Positions 9,205 through 19,847 of a stretch of DNA of 64,000 nucleotides are shown piece by piece. Source of the DNA: Ignavibacteriota bacterium (GTDB taxonomy: Bacteria > Bacteroidota > Ignavibacteria > Palsa-1295). Position 1 is the stretch's first letter. Every line of letters begins with the position of its first letter. The DNA is taken from assembly GCA_963787835.1 (NCBI GenBank), contig CAWBEI010000006.1, forward strand, positions 1 through 64,000. The letters run 5' to 3'. Made by a program: the position numbers and the translations under genes. Under the pieces are notes generated by a model. The model was not told where the DNA came from. It saw nothing but the letters and a program-made list of their open reading frames with translations, and did no database searches.

Positions 9205-9391
9205 TGTGGAGGTATCAGTACGGTTCGATCTTTTTATGTGTACAAGTGAGCATGGGTACGCCTTCCTCACGAATAACTCGATAAGGAAACATTATATTCA
9301 TCTCATTAATCCCGTTTTGGACAACTCTTTACCATCAAAAAGCATTTTACCGAGTTCGGAGTTTTTATAGCCTATTTTTCATAAGAATTAC

Positions 9392-12328
9392 GTGCCAAAG
9401 GCATTGAATCATCCAAAACCTAAAAAAACGCCTACCATGGTAGGTGCTCCAGTTCAGACTTCGGAAGCATCGCCGATGCCTATAGTGAGCTCTGGTTTAC
9501 CTTCACAAAAGCGCCCGATTTCCGTTCGTGGCGCGAGAGTCCATAATCTGAAGAACATCTCGTTGGATCTGACGAGGAACAAACTCCACGTTTTTACAGG
9601 GGTTAGTGGCTCCGGTAAGTCTTCGCTTGCTTTTGACACGCTGTATGCAGAAGGCCAGCGCCGCTATGTGGAAAGCCTGTCCGTGTATGCCCGTCAGTTC
9701 CTGGAGCGCATGAATAAGCCGGAGGTCGATTCGATCACGGGTATTAGTCCAGCCGTTGCGATCGAGCAAAAAACGATGACTCGCAACCCGAGATCGACGG
9801 TTGCTACTACCACAGAGATCTACGATTATCTAAGGCTTCTATTTGCGCGTGTTGGTCATACGTATTGTGTCCGGTGTGGACGGTTAGTGCGAAAGGACAC
9901 CCCCCGCACGATCATCGATGCCATAGCTGAGCATGCGGAGGATGGTCAAAAATTCTATATCCTGTTTCCCATGCACCGACACGAACAGCATGTGTGGCAG
10001 GATGAATGGGACAACCTTCGGGCGCAGGGGTTTTCACGAATAGTACTGGAGGGTGAAGATAGAATTCTCGATCTTTCCGATGAGAATCCCCAGCAGCTCG
10101 ATCCCACGAAAGTTCGAATTCTCATTGATCGATTGATCTGGAGACCCAATGATGAATCGCTTCAATCGCGCATTGCCGATTCGATCGAAGCATCGTTCCG
10201 CGAGGGGAATGGGCGTACGATCATTGCGTATCTAAAAGCCGATGGATCGACCGAGGAAGAGAAATTTTCCGAACACTTTGAGTGTGCGAATGATGGACTT
10301 CCGTTCGATGAGCCGGAGCCCAAGCTTTTTTCCTTCAATAATCCTTATGGCGCTTGCCCCGAATGCCAGGGATTCGGGCGCGCAATGGGAATCGATCCCG
10401 AACTCGTCATTCCCGACCCAAGTCGGTCTCTGCGCGGTGGCGCGGTCGTATGCTGGAATGGTGCAAAATTTTCCGATTATTTAGGAGATCTGTTATCGAT
10501 CGCGAAAGAGGCGAATATAAGTACGGAGTTGCCATACGCCTCGCTGACGGATCGAGAAAAAAAGATCGTATGGGAGGGTCGCAGCAAATTCATTGGTATT
10601 AACGGATTTTTTGCTGAGTTAGAAAAGAAAACCTATAAATTACACTATCGGGTCATTCTTTCGAGATTCAGAGGTTATACGACATGTCCGAAATGCCACG
10701 GTTCCCGGCTTCGGCCGGCTGCAATGAATGTCCGCGTCGCTGGAAAGACGATGCACGACATCGTTCAAATGACGATCGCAGATGCTCGCCAATTCTTTGA
10801 ATCGCTGGAGCTTTCTTCGTTCGAGACGACGATTGCTTCTCGCATCATTGAAGAGCTGCGAAAGCGCGCTCGGTATTTGGATGATGTTGGGCTAAATTAC
10901 CTGACGCTCGAACGGTTATCTAACACGCTTTCCGGAGGTGAATCTCAAAGAATAAATCTTGCAACGTCGCTTGGCAGTTCATTGACTGGCGCGCTCTATG
11001 TGCTCGATGAGCCAAGCATCGGTTTACATCCCCGCGATACGGAAAAACTGCTGCGAATCTTAAAAAGCGTCCGCGATCTTGGTAATACCGTCGTCGTTGT
11101 GGAGCATGATGAAGAGGTGATCCGCTCTGCGGATGAAGTCGTGGATTTTGGCCCACACGCAGGTGAGTTGGGTGGTGAAATTTTGTATCAGGGTGTGCCT
11201 TCAGAAATGGATGCTAAAAGCAATAGTAGATCCATAACGGGTAAATATTTGCGGGGTGAACTTTCGATACCAATTCCGAAAAAACGTCGGCGAGTGGATC
11301 TGAATTTTGCGATAGCCATTCGCGGAGCAAATGCGAATAATTTGAAAAGCATCGATGTTCGGTTCCCTTTGGAATCGTTGGTTGCCGTAACAGGAGTTTC
11401 AGGCTCAGGTAAATCTACGTTAGTGCATTCCGTGCTCTATGCAGGACTGAAAAAGTTGAAAGGGGAAAGTGTTGGCCCGGTCGGAGCACATCATGAGATC
11501 AAAGGCGAGGACTTAGTGAATCATGTTGAGCTTATCGATCAAACTCCTATTGGCAGAACACCGCGCTCCAATCCGGCAACGTATATCAAAGCGTTCGACT
11601 TGATTCGCGAAGCTTTCAGCCGGACGGTCTATGCGAAGCAGCGCGGCTGGGCTCCGGGATATTTTTCCTTTAACATTCCCGGTGGCCGGTGCGAGACATG
11701 CGAAGGGGAGGGATTCGTGGCTGTCGAAATGCAATTCCTTGCCGATATGTATCTCGAATGCGACACCTGCGGCGGCAAACGCTATAAGCAGGAAGTTCTC
11801 GATGCCACACTGAATGGAAAGAACATTGTCGAAGTCCTCGGCATGACCGTCCGGGAAGCAATTGAATTTTTTACCGATCATGACCGAATTCGTGCCAAGC
11901 TCCAGGTGCTCGATGATGTCGGGCTGGGATATATTCGTCTTGGACAGCCCGCAACCACGCTTTCAGGCGGCGAAGCTCAGCGAGTGAAGCTTGCGTCACA
12001 TCTGGCAGATCAGACGCAGGAACATACACTATTTATCTTCGATGAGCCGACCACCGGCCTTCATTTCGATGATATTGCAAAGCTGCTTCTTGCGTTGAAT
12101 GCTCTTGTCGAACGCGGGCATTCTGTTATTGCGATCGAGCATAATCTTGAAGTAATTAAATCGGCGGATTGGGTTATCGATCTTGGGCCGGAGGCCGGAA
12201 ATGCCGGCGGTGAAATTATCGGAGAGGGAACTCCAGAAACGATCGCGAAGATAGAGCGGTCTTATACGGGAAGGTATCTAAGCACACTTCTATTGAAAAA
12301 TGCTGCGAATAGCAGCCTCAAGGTGTGA
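9392..12328 (+). CDS. uvrA: Excinuclease ABC subunit A
   Basis: GARVHNLKN, two GVSGSGKS Walker A motifs, two LSGGE signatures, CxxC zinc fingers. The true start may lie slightly downstream. Confidence 0.98.
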   Translation: MPKALNHPKPKKTPTMVGAPVQTSEASPMPIVSSGLPSQKRPISVRGARVHNLKNISLDLTRNKLHVFTGVSGSGKSSLAFDTLYAEGQRRYVESLSVYARQFLERMNKPEVDSITGISPAVAIEQKTMTRNPRSTVATTTEIYDYLRLLFARVGHTYCVRCGRLVRKDTPRTIIDAIAEHAEDGQKFYILFPMHRHEQHVWQDEWDNLRAQGFSRIVLEGEDRILDLSDENPQQLDPTKVRILIDRLIWRPNDESLQSRIADSIEASFREGNGRTIIAYLKADGSTEEEKFSEHFECANDGLPFDEPEPKLFSFNNPYGACPECQGFGRAMGIDPELVIPDPSRSLRGGAVVCWNGAKFSDYLGDLLSIAKEANISTELPYASLTDREKKIVWEGRSKFIGINGFFAELEKKTYKLHYRVILSRFRGYTTCPKCHGSRLRPAAMNVRVAGKTMHDIVQMTIADARQFFESLELSSFETTIASRIIEELRKRARYLDDVGLNYLTLERLSNTLSGGESQRINLATSLGSSLTGALYVLDEPSIGLHPRDTEKLLRILKSVRDLGNTVVVVEHDEEVIRSADEVVDFGPHAGELGGEILYQGVPSEMDAKSNSRSITGKYLRGELSIPIPKKRRRVDLNFAIAIRGANANNLKSIDVRFPLESLVAVTGVSGSGKSTLVHSVLYAGLKKLKGESVGPVGAHHEIKGEDLVNHVELIDQTPIGRTPRSNPATYIKAFDLIREAFSRTVYAKQRGWAPGYFSFNIPGGRCETCEGEGFVAVEMQFLADMYLECDTCGGKRYKQEVLDATLNGKNIVEVLGMTVREAIEFFTDHDRIRAKLQVLDDVGLGYIRLGQPATTLSGGEAQRVKLASHLADQTQEHTLFIFDEPTTGLHFDDIAKLLLALNALVERGHSVIAIEHNLEVIKSADWVIDLGPEAGNAGGEIIGEGTPETIAKIERSYTGRYLSTLLLKNAANSSLKV

Positions 12329-13467
12329 AGAATATTCTCATCATTGCTGGTGAACCATCCGGCGATCGGATTGCTTCGCGCGCAGTTCGCGCGGCAAAAC
12401 AGCTTGCGCGAGAACGAAACGAAACCGTTTCATTCTTTGGAATCGGTGGCGAAGAATGCGTTGCAGAGGGAGTGGAATGTCTGCATACCGCGAAGGAAAT
12501 GTCTGTCGTTGGTTTTGTTGAGGTTGCCAGGCGATTTTCTTTTTTTCGGCGGGTTTTGATGGAGATGACGCGCTCGCTCGATGAATGCCGGCCTGATGCG
12601 CTTCTTCTCATCGATTATCCGGGATTTAATATCCGGCTTGCACGCGAGGCAAAAAAACGTGGAATTCGAGTCATTTATTATGTTAGTCCACAAGTGTGGG
12701 CATGGCATAAATCCCGTATTCATGAATTGAAGCGTGTTGTCGATGACATGCTCGTTATCTTTCCATTCGAGGAGAAGCTATACCGCGATGCGGGGATGCA
12801 GAACGCGCATTTTGTCGGACATCCGCTTGTAGAGCGAATAGATGAAGAACGCGAACGATGGGTTGATCGCGATTCATTTGCCTCTAAACATGCATTAGAT
12901 GTGGAACGAAAATGGCTTCTTGTCTTTTCCGGAAGCAGGACAGAGGAAGTTCGAAGATTGCTTCCGATCATGTCCGAAGCGGCAATGCAGTTCGGTGCGA
13001 AGTACAAGATGCAGCCGATTCTTGTAGAATCGCCTTCGATCGACTCCACTCATTATGATAGATATATCCAAACGCCGATAACCCGCTTTCGCGACTCGCA
13101 TGCAAACCATGAACTAATGCACCATGCTGAACTTGGAATTTTGAAGAGCGGCACAACAACGCTGGAAGCTGCGCTGCTTGGACTTCCGGGCGTGATCTGC
13201 TACCGGACGCACCCGCTGACATTCCTCCTTGGAAAGCAATTAGTTAAACTTCCGTATATCGGCCTGGCAAATATCGTACTTGGTCAAAAGTTGTATCCTG
13301 AATTGTTGCAGCATGAAGTCTCAACCAATACGATCGTTAACGAACTTGAAAAAGTGAACGCAAACCGTGAGGAATTCCAACGATCCCTCATTGGTGTTTC
13401 GGATTCACTAAGAGTATCCGGGGTCGGCCCATCCCTTCGAGTTGCGGAAGCGTTACTTGCAAAATGA
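12325..13467 (+). CDS. lpxB: Lipid-A-disaccharide synthase
   Basis: AGEPSGD, IDYPGFN, YYVSPQVWAW, FPFE, VGHPL, SGTTTLE. Confidence 0.97.
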   Translation: MKNILIIAGEPSGDRIASRAVRAAKQLARERNETVSFFGIGGEECVAEGVECLHTAKEMSVVGFVEVARRFSFFRRVLMEMTRSLDECRPDALLLIDYPGFNIRLAREAKKRGIRVIYYVSPQVWAWHKSRIHELKRVVDDMLVIFPFEEKLYRDAGMQNAHFVGHPLVERIDEERERWVDRDSFASKHALDVERKWLLVFSGSRTEEVRRLLPIMSEAAMQFGAKYKMQPILVESPSIDSTHYDRYIQTPITRFRDSHANHELMHHAELGILKSGTTTLEAALLGLPGVICYRTHPLTFLLGKQLVKLPYIGLANIVLGQKLYPELLQHEVSTNTIVNELEKVNANREEFQRSLIGVSDSLRVSGVGPSLRVAEALLAK

Positions 13468-14057
13468 TATTACGCCTTCTTCCTTTTTTTGCAACCCTGC
13501 TTGCGAGAACGCTACGAATATCGTGGCGTGGCGAAGCGATTCCCAAACGTGCGATCATCATGTTCTGGCATGGCGATATGTTGGCGGGGTGGTTCTCGGT
13601 CAGAAAGCGGCGGCCAGTCGCACTGGTGAGCCGAAGCAAGGACGGTAACTATCTTGCAGCAGTGCTACAACATTGGGGGTATCAACTCTCGCGGGGTTCG
13701 AGCAAAAAGAGCGGTATGGAGGCGTTAACGAATGCGATGCACACGTTAACTTCTCACGACCGAGATACTTTAGTGATAACTCCGGATGGTCCGCGTGGCC
13801 CTCGACATGTATATAAACGCGGTTCTTTCATTGCTGCGCGTCAGCTTGATCTTCCGCTATTTCATTTGCATCTCGAATATTCGTCTCGAAAGACGCTGAA
13901 TAGCTGGGATAAGTTTGAAATTCCAATGCCATTCTCGAAAGTTACCGTTCGAGCCGAGCGAATTAACGTGGATGAATTTCCCGTTGATAAGGAAGCACAA
14001 CATCGTTGGCTGGAGGATCGGAGTAACCATCAAACTCAAGCTGTTACGGCGCAATGA
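13464..14057 (+). CDS. DUF374 lysophospholipid acyltransferase family (LpxJ-like)
   Basis: FWHG, SRSKDG, RGSS, ITPDGPRGP, SWDKFEIPMPFS. Lies between lpxB and lpxK. Confidence 0.85.
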   Translation: MILRLLPFFATLLARTLRISWRGEAIPKRAIIMFWHGDMLAGWFSVRKRRPVALVSRSKDGNYLAAVLQHWGYQLSRGSSKKSGMEALTNAMHTLTSHDRDTLVITPDGPRGPRHVYKRGSFIAARQLDLPLFHLHLEYSSRKTLNSWDKFEIPMPFSKVTVRAERINVDEFPVDKEAQHRWLEDRSNHQTQAVTAQ

Positions 14058-15028
14058 CATCGCTTGTCGATTATCTCAATCCCTATGCATACTTGATGCG
14101 CCTGCGCCGCAGAATGTATGAGTATTGCTTGTTGAAGTCCTATCATCCCGGAATCCCGGTCATCAGCGTGGGGAATCTTACAATGGGTGGGACAGGGAAA
14201 TCGCCGTTAGTGTTGCTCATTGCAAATTATCTTCGTTCCAAACATAGCAAACATGTAGCTATTATTTCCAGAGGATACAAACGCCACACTAAAGGCTTTA
14301 TTCTTGTAAGTGACGGAAAGCAAACACTTGCTTCCGTCGAATATTCTGGCGATGAAGCACAAATGTTTGCACAGTTATTGCCTGATGCCATTGTAATTGT
14401 CGATGAAGATCGCGTTCATGGGGCAAATAAGGCAAAGGAGCTTGGGGCTGAAGTAATTGTGCTCGATGATGGTTATCAGCACCTTCGCTTGAAACGCGAT
14501 CTGAATATTCTGCTGGATGATGGTACTTCCTCGCCAGTTATCCCCTTCGGTCGTATGCGGGAACCATCAAGCGCGGTTAGAGCGGCAGATGTGATTGTCA
14601 GAAGTGACGGGAAGGACACAAGAGACACAAGTGGTATCGTTTTGCGAAGCGCTGCAACGAAGCTTGTGTCTCTTGATAGAGTCACTTCTGCCCCTTTAAC
14701 TGAGCTGCAAGGAAAGCGCGTTTTGGCTCTTTCATCTATTGCACACCCAGAACGTTTTGTTAATATGCTTCGTGGACTTGATGCAGTTGTAATGTCAAAA
14801 GATCTTGGCGATCATGCCGAGTATTCGAAATCTCTCATAAGTGAAATTCTAAATGATGCGAAAAAAAATGGTGTCGATTTAATTGTTACCACAATGAAAG
14901 ATGCTGTTAAATCGCGAAAATATTTTGAACGAGCATCGCCGGACATTCCAATTGTGATTCTAATACATTCGCTCGAATTCTTACGGGGTGAAGATGGTTT
15001 TTATAGTGCCATCGACAACATTCTATGA
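14054..15028 (+). CDS. lpxK: Tetraacyldisaccharide 4'-kinase
   Basis: SVGNLTMGGTGKSP, SRGY, GDE, LDDGYQH, GRMREP, TTMKDAVK. Confidence 0.97.
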   Translation: MTSLVDYLNPYAYLMRLRRRMYEYCLLKSYHPGIPVISVGNLTMGGTGKSPLVLLIANYLRSKHSKHVAIISRGYKRHTKGFILVSDGKQTLASVEYSGDEAQMFAQLLPDAIVIVDEDRVHGANKAKELGAEVIVLDDGYQHLRLKRDLNILLDDGTSSPVIPFGRMREPSSAVRAADVIVRSDGKDTRDTSGIVLRSAATKLVSLDRVTSAPLTELQGKRVLALSSIAHPERFVNMLRGLDAVVMSKDLGDHAEYSKSLISEILNDAKKNGVDLIVTTMKDAVKSRKYFERASPDIPIVILIHSLEFLRGEDGFYSAIDNIL

Positions 15029-15774
15029 AACTTACCATTGGTTTATCTTACGCCCCGCAGGACGATCCCAAATACGATTGGTACCGTAAGGCGTTACAGA
15101 ACGCGGCGACTGCAATCGATTATGAGCTCGAGATCGTTGATCTCTCCATTCATCGCTCAGCAAAGGATGTTGATGGTATTCTTTTCACGGGAGGTCCGGA
15201 TATTCAACCATCTCGATATGGAAAAGAAGCCGAAATGAATCTTTGTAATGAAATCGTCGAAGAGCGTGACCAGATTGAGTTTGATATTGCCCGTCAGGCG
15301 GAAGACAATAATACACCCGTCCTCGGAATATGCAGAGGAACACAGCTTTTGAATGTGCATTACGGCGGTACACTGATCACAGACATCGAAACCTTTGGCG
15401 GATCGAGTCACCGGAAAGTAGATGGTTTCGATGCTCGGCATAATGTGCGCATCGAGCCGGGAAGTTTTCTTCGCCGCATTTTAAGTGAAGGCGAGGGTGA
15501 AGTTAATAGCGCGCATCACCAAGCGGTCGAGCGCCTTGGAGATCGACTTTCTGTTGCTGCTCGTGCAACAGGGGATGGCACCATCGAGGCGCTTGAGTGG
15601 GAGGATGCCACAGACAAACCATTTTTACTTGCTGTCCAATGGCATCCTGAACGAATGCAATTTTCTGAGAATTTTGCAGGCCGTATTTTCGAGACTTTCT
15701 TATGGGAATGCGGTGCGAATAAAATGCTGAAACACCGATCAGTCCCACGCAAGGAGAAAAGGGTAGAAGCATGA
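15025..15774 (+). CDS. Peptidase C26 / gamma-glutamyl-GABA hydrolase family (class I glutamine amidotransferase)
   Basis: TGGPDI, LGICRG, VNSAHHQA, QWHPE catalytic triad motifs. Confidence 0.92.
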   Translation: MKLTIGLSYAPQDDPKYDWYRKALQNAATAIDYELEIVDLSIHRSAKDVDGILFTGGPDIQPSRYGKEAEMNLCNEIVEERDQIEFDIARQAEDNNTPVLGICRGTQLLNVHYGGTLITDIETFGGSSHRKVDGFDARHNVRIEPGSFLRRILSEGEGEVNSAHHQAVERLGDRLSVAARATGDGTIEALEWEDATDKPFLLAVQWHPERMQFSENFAGRIFETFLWECGANKMLKHRSVPRKEKRVEA

Positions 15775-16730
15775 CAAGAAATCTGGATGGCGCATTTCGT
15801 GTGCGCCCGTTAGTGCTTGATGGCGCGCTTGGAACCGAAATGGAAGGCCGTGGCGTCAACACCAGCGGCAAAAGCTGGACGGCACGCGGGCTGATCTCGC
15901 ATCCCGATCTTATTTATCGCGTTCACCGGGAATATTTGTGGGAAGGCGCGGACATTCTGACGGCAAATACATTCCGCACCAATGTTCGTGCTCTGAAAGA
16001 TACGGGACTTGATGCCGAAGCGCTTACAAAAAAAGCGGTACGCATTGCACGGAAAGCTCGGAGAGAAAAGAATCCTCTCATTCGTGTCGCTGGTTCAATG
16101 GCTCCGGTAGAAGATTGTTTCTCTCCGGAACTTGTTCCCGCCAGCGATGCCGCGCTTGTGGAAGAGCATCGCATCATGGCACGCTGGCTCGATGAAGCAC
16201 GAGTCGATATTATTCTCATTGAAACGATGAATACGCTACGCGAGGCTCTCTGCGCATTACAAGCTGCGAAGGAAGAAAGCAAAAGATATGTCTGGGTTTC
16301 GATCGTGCCTAAAGACGGAGAAACCATGCTCGATGGTACACCTTTGGATTATGCTGTTGCAAGACTAAAGGATGGTGGCGCGCATCTTGTCGCGCTTAAC
16401 TGTGCTCCTGTCAGCGTTATGATGGCAGCACTCCCGATCTTTTCAAAAGCCGCAAAGAAAGCGGAAATCTGGTTCGGTTGTTATCCCAATAGCTCTGAAA
16501 AGTTACCTGATGGAACGTGGAACCTGAAAGCCTCGAATAACAGGCTCATGGCTGCCTGCGCGTTGGATTGGATGAAGCAAGGTGCAGTAATGGTAGGAAG
16601 TTGCTGTCATTCCACACCAAGAACAACCAGCCTAATCGAGAATAAGCGAAATCTGTTTTATGTCCTGAAAGAGGAGATCGACATCGCCGATGATGACGAT
16701 GATAATTTGCCAGATTACCTTCTCTGGTAA
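15771..16730 (+). CDS. Homocysteine S-methyltransferase family protein
   Basis: LDGALGTE, GADILTANTF, IETM, LNC and GSCC zinc ligands. Confidence 0.9.
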   Translation: MTRNLDGAFRVRPLVLDGALGTEMEGRGVNTSGKSWTARGLISHPDLIYRVHREYLWEGADILTANTFRTNVRALKDTGLDAEALTKKAVRIARKARREKNPLIRVAGSMAPVEDCFSPELVPASDAALVEEHRIMARWLDEARVDIILIETMNTLREALCALQAAKEESKRYVWVSIVPKDGETMLDGTPLDYAVARLKDGGAHLVALNCAPVSVMMAALPIFSKAAKKAEIWFGCYPNSSEKLPDGTWNLKASNNRLMAACALDWMKQGAVMVGSCCHSTPRTTSLIENKRNLFYVLKEEIDIADDDDDNLPDYLLW

Positions 16731-16776
16731 GGGCATTTATCTTCGAGATCTTCAGGTCACCGCTGGATAACATCTG

Positions 16777-17244
16777 TTAGAAGTAATTCTTCATGAGTTC
16801 CGTCGCCCATTCGGGTTGCATTACAGGGCCTCTTGGGCCGAACTCTTTAAGGTAGGGTTTTATGTCGATTACCGGAGTATCGTTTATCGCATCGAGCCCT
16901 TCCACGGTCAACGTTAAACCTTGCACATCAAGAAGTCGGCATCTGGAAATCCCTAATAGATTCGGCCTTGATTTTACTCGTTGCGCAAAAATTCCCACAC
17001 TCGGCCAATCCTTTCTATTTCTTGGATGGCGTGATCCCGTGTAAATATTTTCGACACGAACCCGATCCATATAGAATACGACCTCAAGATGCGTGAACGT
17101 ATGCAATTCTTTCAGTGCCTCTACTGAAAAACGATCGGAGTCCAACTCGATCGTCGAGATAACATTTCCCCAGTTGTCATCTTCGACCTCGGTCCGAGCA
17201 TTGTGGACAATACCGATCGGGATGATGGTGTACTCCCTTTTCAT
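16777..17244 (-). CDS. TrmO/TsaA-like SAM-binding methyltransferase
   Basis: PIG, GIFAQR..SRPN, GLDAINDTPVIDIKPY. Confidence 0.88.
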   Translation of the reverse strand: MKREYTIIPIGIVHNARTEVEDDNWGNVISTIELDSDRFSVEALKELHTFTHLEVVFYMDRVRVENIYTGSRHPRNRKDWPSVGIFAQRVKSRPNLLGISRCRLLDVQGLTLTVEGLDAINDTPVIDIKPYLKEFGPRGPVMQPEWATELMKNYF

Positions 17245-19355
17245 TCCACTTTCACACCCAAATTATACAGCACAAACGCTAACTGATCCGCAGATTCATC
17301 CATTATTTTCGATAATGGTTTGCCGGCGCCATGTCCGGCTTTGGTTTCAATAGTAATTAAGGTTGGGTTCGTACCTACTTGATCGTGTTGCAATGTTGCA
17401 ATGAATTTGAAGGAATGTGCCGGCATAACACGGTCATCATGATCGGCAGTAGATACAAGCGTTGCGGGATATGCTACACCGCTTTTCAAATTGTGCAGCG
17501 GCGAGTATTTGTAGAGATTGACAAATTGCGCGGAGTCGTCGCTTGTCCCATATTCCGATGCCCACGCCCATCCGATGGTGAATTTGTGGTAGCGCAACAT
17601 GTCCATTACTCCCACTTTGGGCAGCGCCACTTTGCAAAGATCGGGACGTTGGCACATCACCGCTCCAATGAGCAACCCGCCGTTCGACCCGCCAATGATC
17701 GCAAGCTTTGCTGGGCACGTATATTTTTCTTTACAAAGATATTCCGCAGCAGCGATGAAATCGTCGAAGACATTCTGCTTCTTTTCTTTCATTCCGGCCT
17801 CGTGCCACGCTTTGCCGTATTCGCCACCACCGCGAATGTTCGGTTGTGCAAAGATACCACCATGTTCGAGAAATGCGACAAGCGTTGGGCTGAAATCCGG
17901 AGTTAGATTGATATTGAACCCGCCGTAAGCATACAGTTCCGTGGGATTATTTCCATCGAGCTTCATCCCTTTTTTATGTACGATGAACATCGGTACGCGA
18001 GTTCCATCCTTGCTCTTGTAAAAAACTTGTTCGGTCACATAATCATCGACATTGAACGGGACCTCCGTCTGATGAAAAAGGGTGGAAGTATTATTTTGTA
18101 GATCGTATTGATAAATGGCAGGTGGTGTTGCAAAACTCGAATAGGTAAAGAACGCTACGGAATCTTTTCGCTTCCCGGAAAATCCATCAGTGCTTCCGAT
18201 GCCAGGCAAAGCAATCTCATGTTCGAGCATCCCGTTAATGTTATAAATGTAGATGTGATTGCTTGCGTCCTTCAAATAGGTTACGATAAGTTTTCCACTG
18301 AGATAATTTACTCCCTCAATAGTCTCTGATTTTGAAGGAATGATAGTCCGGTAATGGTCCGCACCGGGATTAATCGGATCGACCAGCACGACGCGATTCG
18401 TCGGAGCATCTTCATCGGTCATCATGAGGAATTTATCGCCGACGTTATCTATCACGCCAGCTTCATGTCCATATTCTGAAATAAGCGGCTTGAATTCGGA
18501 ATGTGGCTCGTCCGCTCGTTTCCAGTAGATCAAGCTGCCGATCTTGCCGCCATCATAGAGATAGAGTAGTAAGTATTTCTCATCTTCTGTTGCACTTATA
18601 GTGAAGGAGCGTTCCGGATGTGTTTGATCTTGATAAACTAGTGAATCGGTAGATTGAGGTGTTCCTATTTGATGATAATAAAGTTTCTGAAAATCGCTTT
18701 TGGCAGTGTACTGTCCCGCCTTTGGCTCATCGTAACGACCGTAGAAAAATCCATTCTTGAACCACGAAGCTGCACTATAGCGCACCCACTGAATATGATC
18801 GTCAAGCTGCTTGCCGGTAGCGACATCCTTGACGAAAATTTCCTGCCAGTCGGAGCCGGAATGACTAATACTGTATGCAACTAACTTATCATCGTTAGAA
18901 TAATCCATACCGGCGAGTGCGGCAGTTCCATCGGTCGATAGCGTATTCGGATCGAGGAAAACTTCTGGCGTGCCGTGCAAACCATGTTGCCGATAAACGA
19001 CGGCTTGATTTTGCAAGCCATCGTTCTTGGAAAAGAAATAATATTCTCCAACTTTATGCGGTGCGCTAATGCGTGGGTAGTTTAAAAGCTGCTCGATCCG
19101 CTTGCGAAGCTTTGCCCGATAGGGAATATGGCTGAAATAATTCTGGGTAACTTTATTCTCGGCCTGGACCCATTCATGCACATCGGCAGAATCGACATTT
19201 TCGAGCCAGCGATACGGATCGCTTACTTGCGTGCCGAAATGATTATCGACATGATCGACCCGTTTTGTTTCGGGATAGTGAAGGGCATTCATTGGTGATT
19301 GAGCGAGCGCACTGGTCACAAATAAAATTTGAAAAAAGAAAATATGATATTTCAT
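17241..19355 (-). CDS. Prolyl oligopeptidase (S9A), exported
   Basis: DPYRWLE, YGGF, RGGGEYG, GGSNGG, HDDRV, AGHGAG. Signal peptide from MKYHIFF. Confidence 0.96.
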   Translation of the reverse strand: MKYHIFFFQILFVTSALAQSPMNALHYPETKRVDHVDNHFGTQVSDPYRWLENVDSADVHEWVQAENKVTQNYFSHIPYRAKLRKRIEQLLNYPRISAPHKVGEYYFFSKNDGLQNQAVVYRQHGLHGTPEVFLDPNTLSTDGTAALAGMDYSNDDKLVAYSISHSGSDWQEIFVKDVATGKQLDDHIQWVRYSAASWFKNGFFYGRYDEPKAGQYTAKSDFQKLYYHQIGTPQSTDSLVYQDQTHPERSFTISATEDEKYLLLYLYDGGKIGSLIYWKRADEPHSEFKPLISEYGHEAGVIDNVGDKFLMMTDEDAPTNRVVLVDPINPGADHYRTIIPSKSETIEGVNYLSGKLIVTYLKDASNHIYIYNINGMLEHEIALPGIGSTDGFSGKRKDSVAFFTYSSFATPPAIYQYDLQNNTSTLFHQTEVPFNVDDYVTEQVFYKSKDGTRVPMFIVHKKGMKLDGNNPTELYAYGGFNINLTPDFSPTLVAFLEHGGIFAQPNIRGGGEYGKAWHEAGMKEKKQNVFDDFIAAAEYLCKEKYTCPAKLAIIGGSNGGLLIGAVMCQRPDLCKVALPKVGVMDMLRYHKFTIGWAWASEYGTSDDSAQFVNLYKYSPLHNLKSGVAYPATLVSTADHDDRVMPAHSFKFIATLQHDQVGTNPTLITIETKAGHGAGKPLSKIMDESADQLAFVLYNLGVKVE

Positions 19356-19496
19356 CGACGAAGAAAAATGTATTAAGGGATGACACAACCATCGCAGCAC
19401 GGAAAAAGTCCGAGCAATATTACGCAAAAGGCAATGGCATGGAGGAAGCAACAATGCTGACCTCCATGCCAAAAATAGAGAGAAAATAGAGGAAGC

Positions 19497-19685
19497 TTAA
19501 GCGGCAGGCTTGTCAGCGGTCTTCATATCCTGCACTTCTTTGCGAATCTCCTGAGCTTTCTTCTTGATCTCATTCATGGCCTTACGCACGCGAGTGCCAG
19601 CCGATTTATTCTCTTTGTCGTAGAATTTCTCGAAATCCTTTTCGAATGTGGCGAGCAAATCCTGTAATTCTTTATAGCGGTTCAT
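19497..19685 (-). CDS. Histone H1-like protein (Hc1 family)
   Basis: 62 aa, KFYDKENKSAGTRVRKAMNEIKKKAQEIRKEVQ. Confidence 0.9.
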   Translation of the reverse strand: MNRYKELQDLLATFEKDFEKFYDKENKSAGTRVRKAMNEIKKKAQEIRKEVQDMKTADKPAA

Positions 19686-19847
19686 CTGAAGTATGCCTCC
19701 TGTTAGTCAAGACTTAAGTGGTTGTAGATTACTAAGACCATTGAAATGGACTTAATTAGCACGAAAATACGAGATTTTTAGAACGAATGCAAGAGATTCA
19801 GGAAAAAAGTGGATAGCAATAGTATTCTACATGAATACATCATAAGT

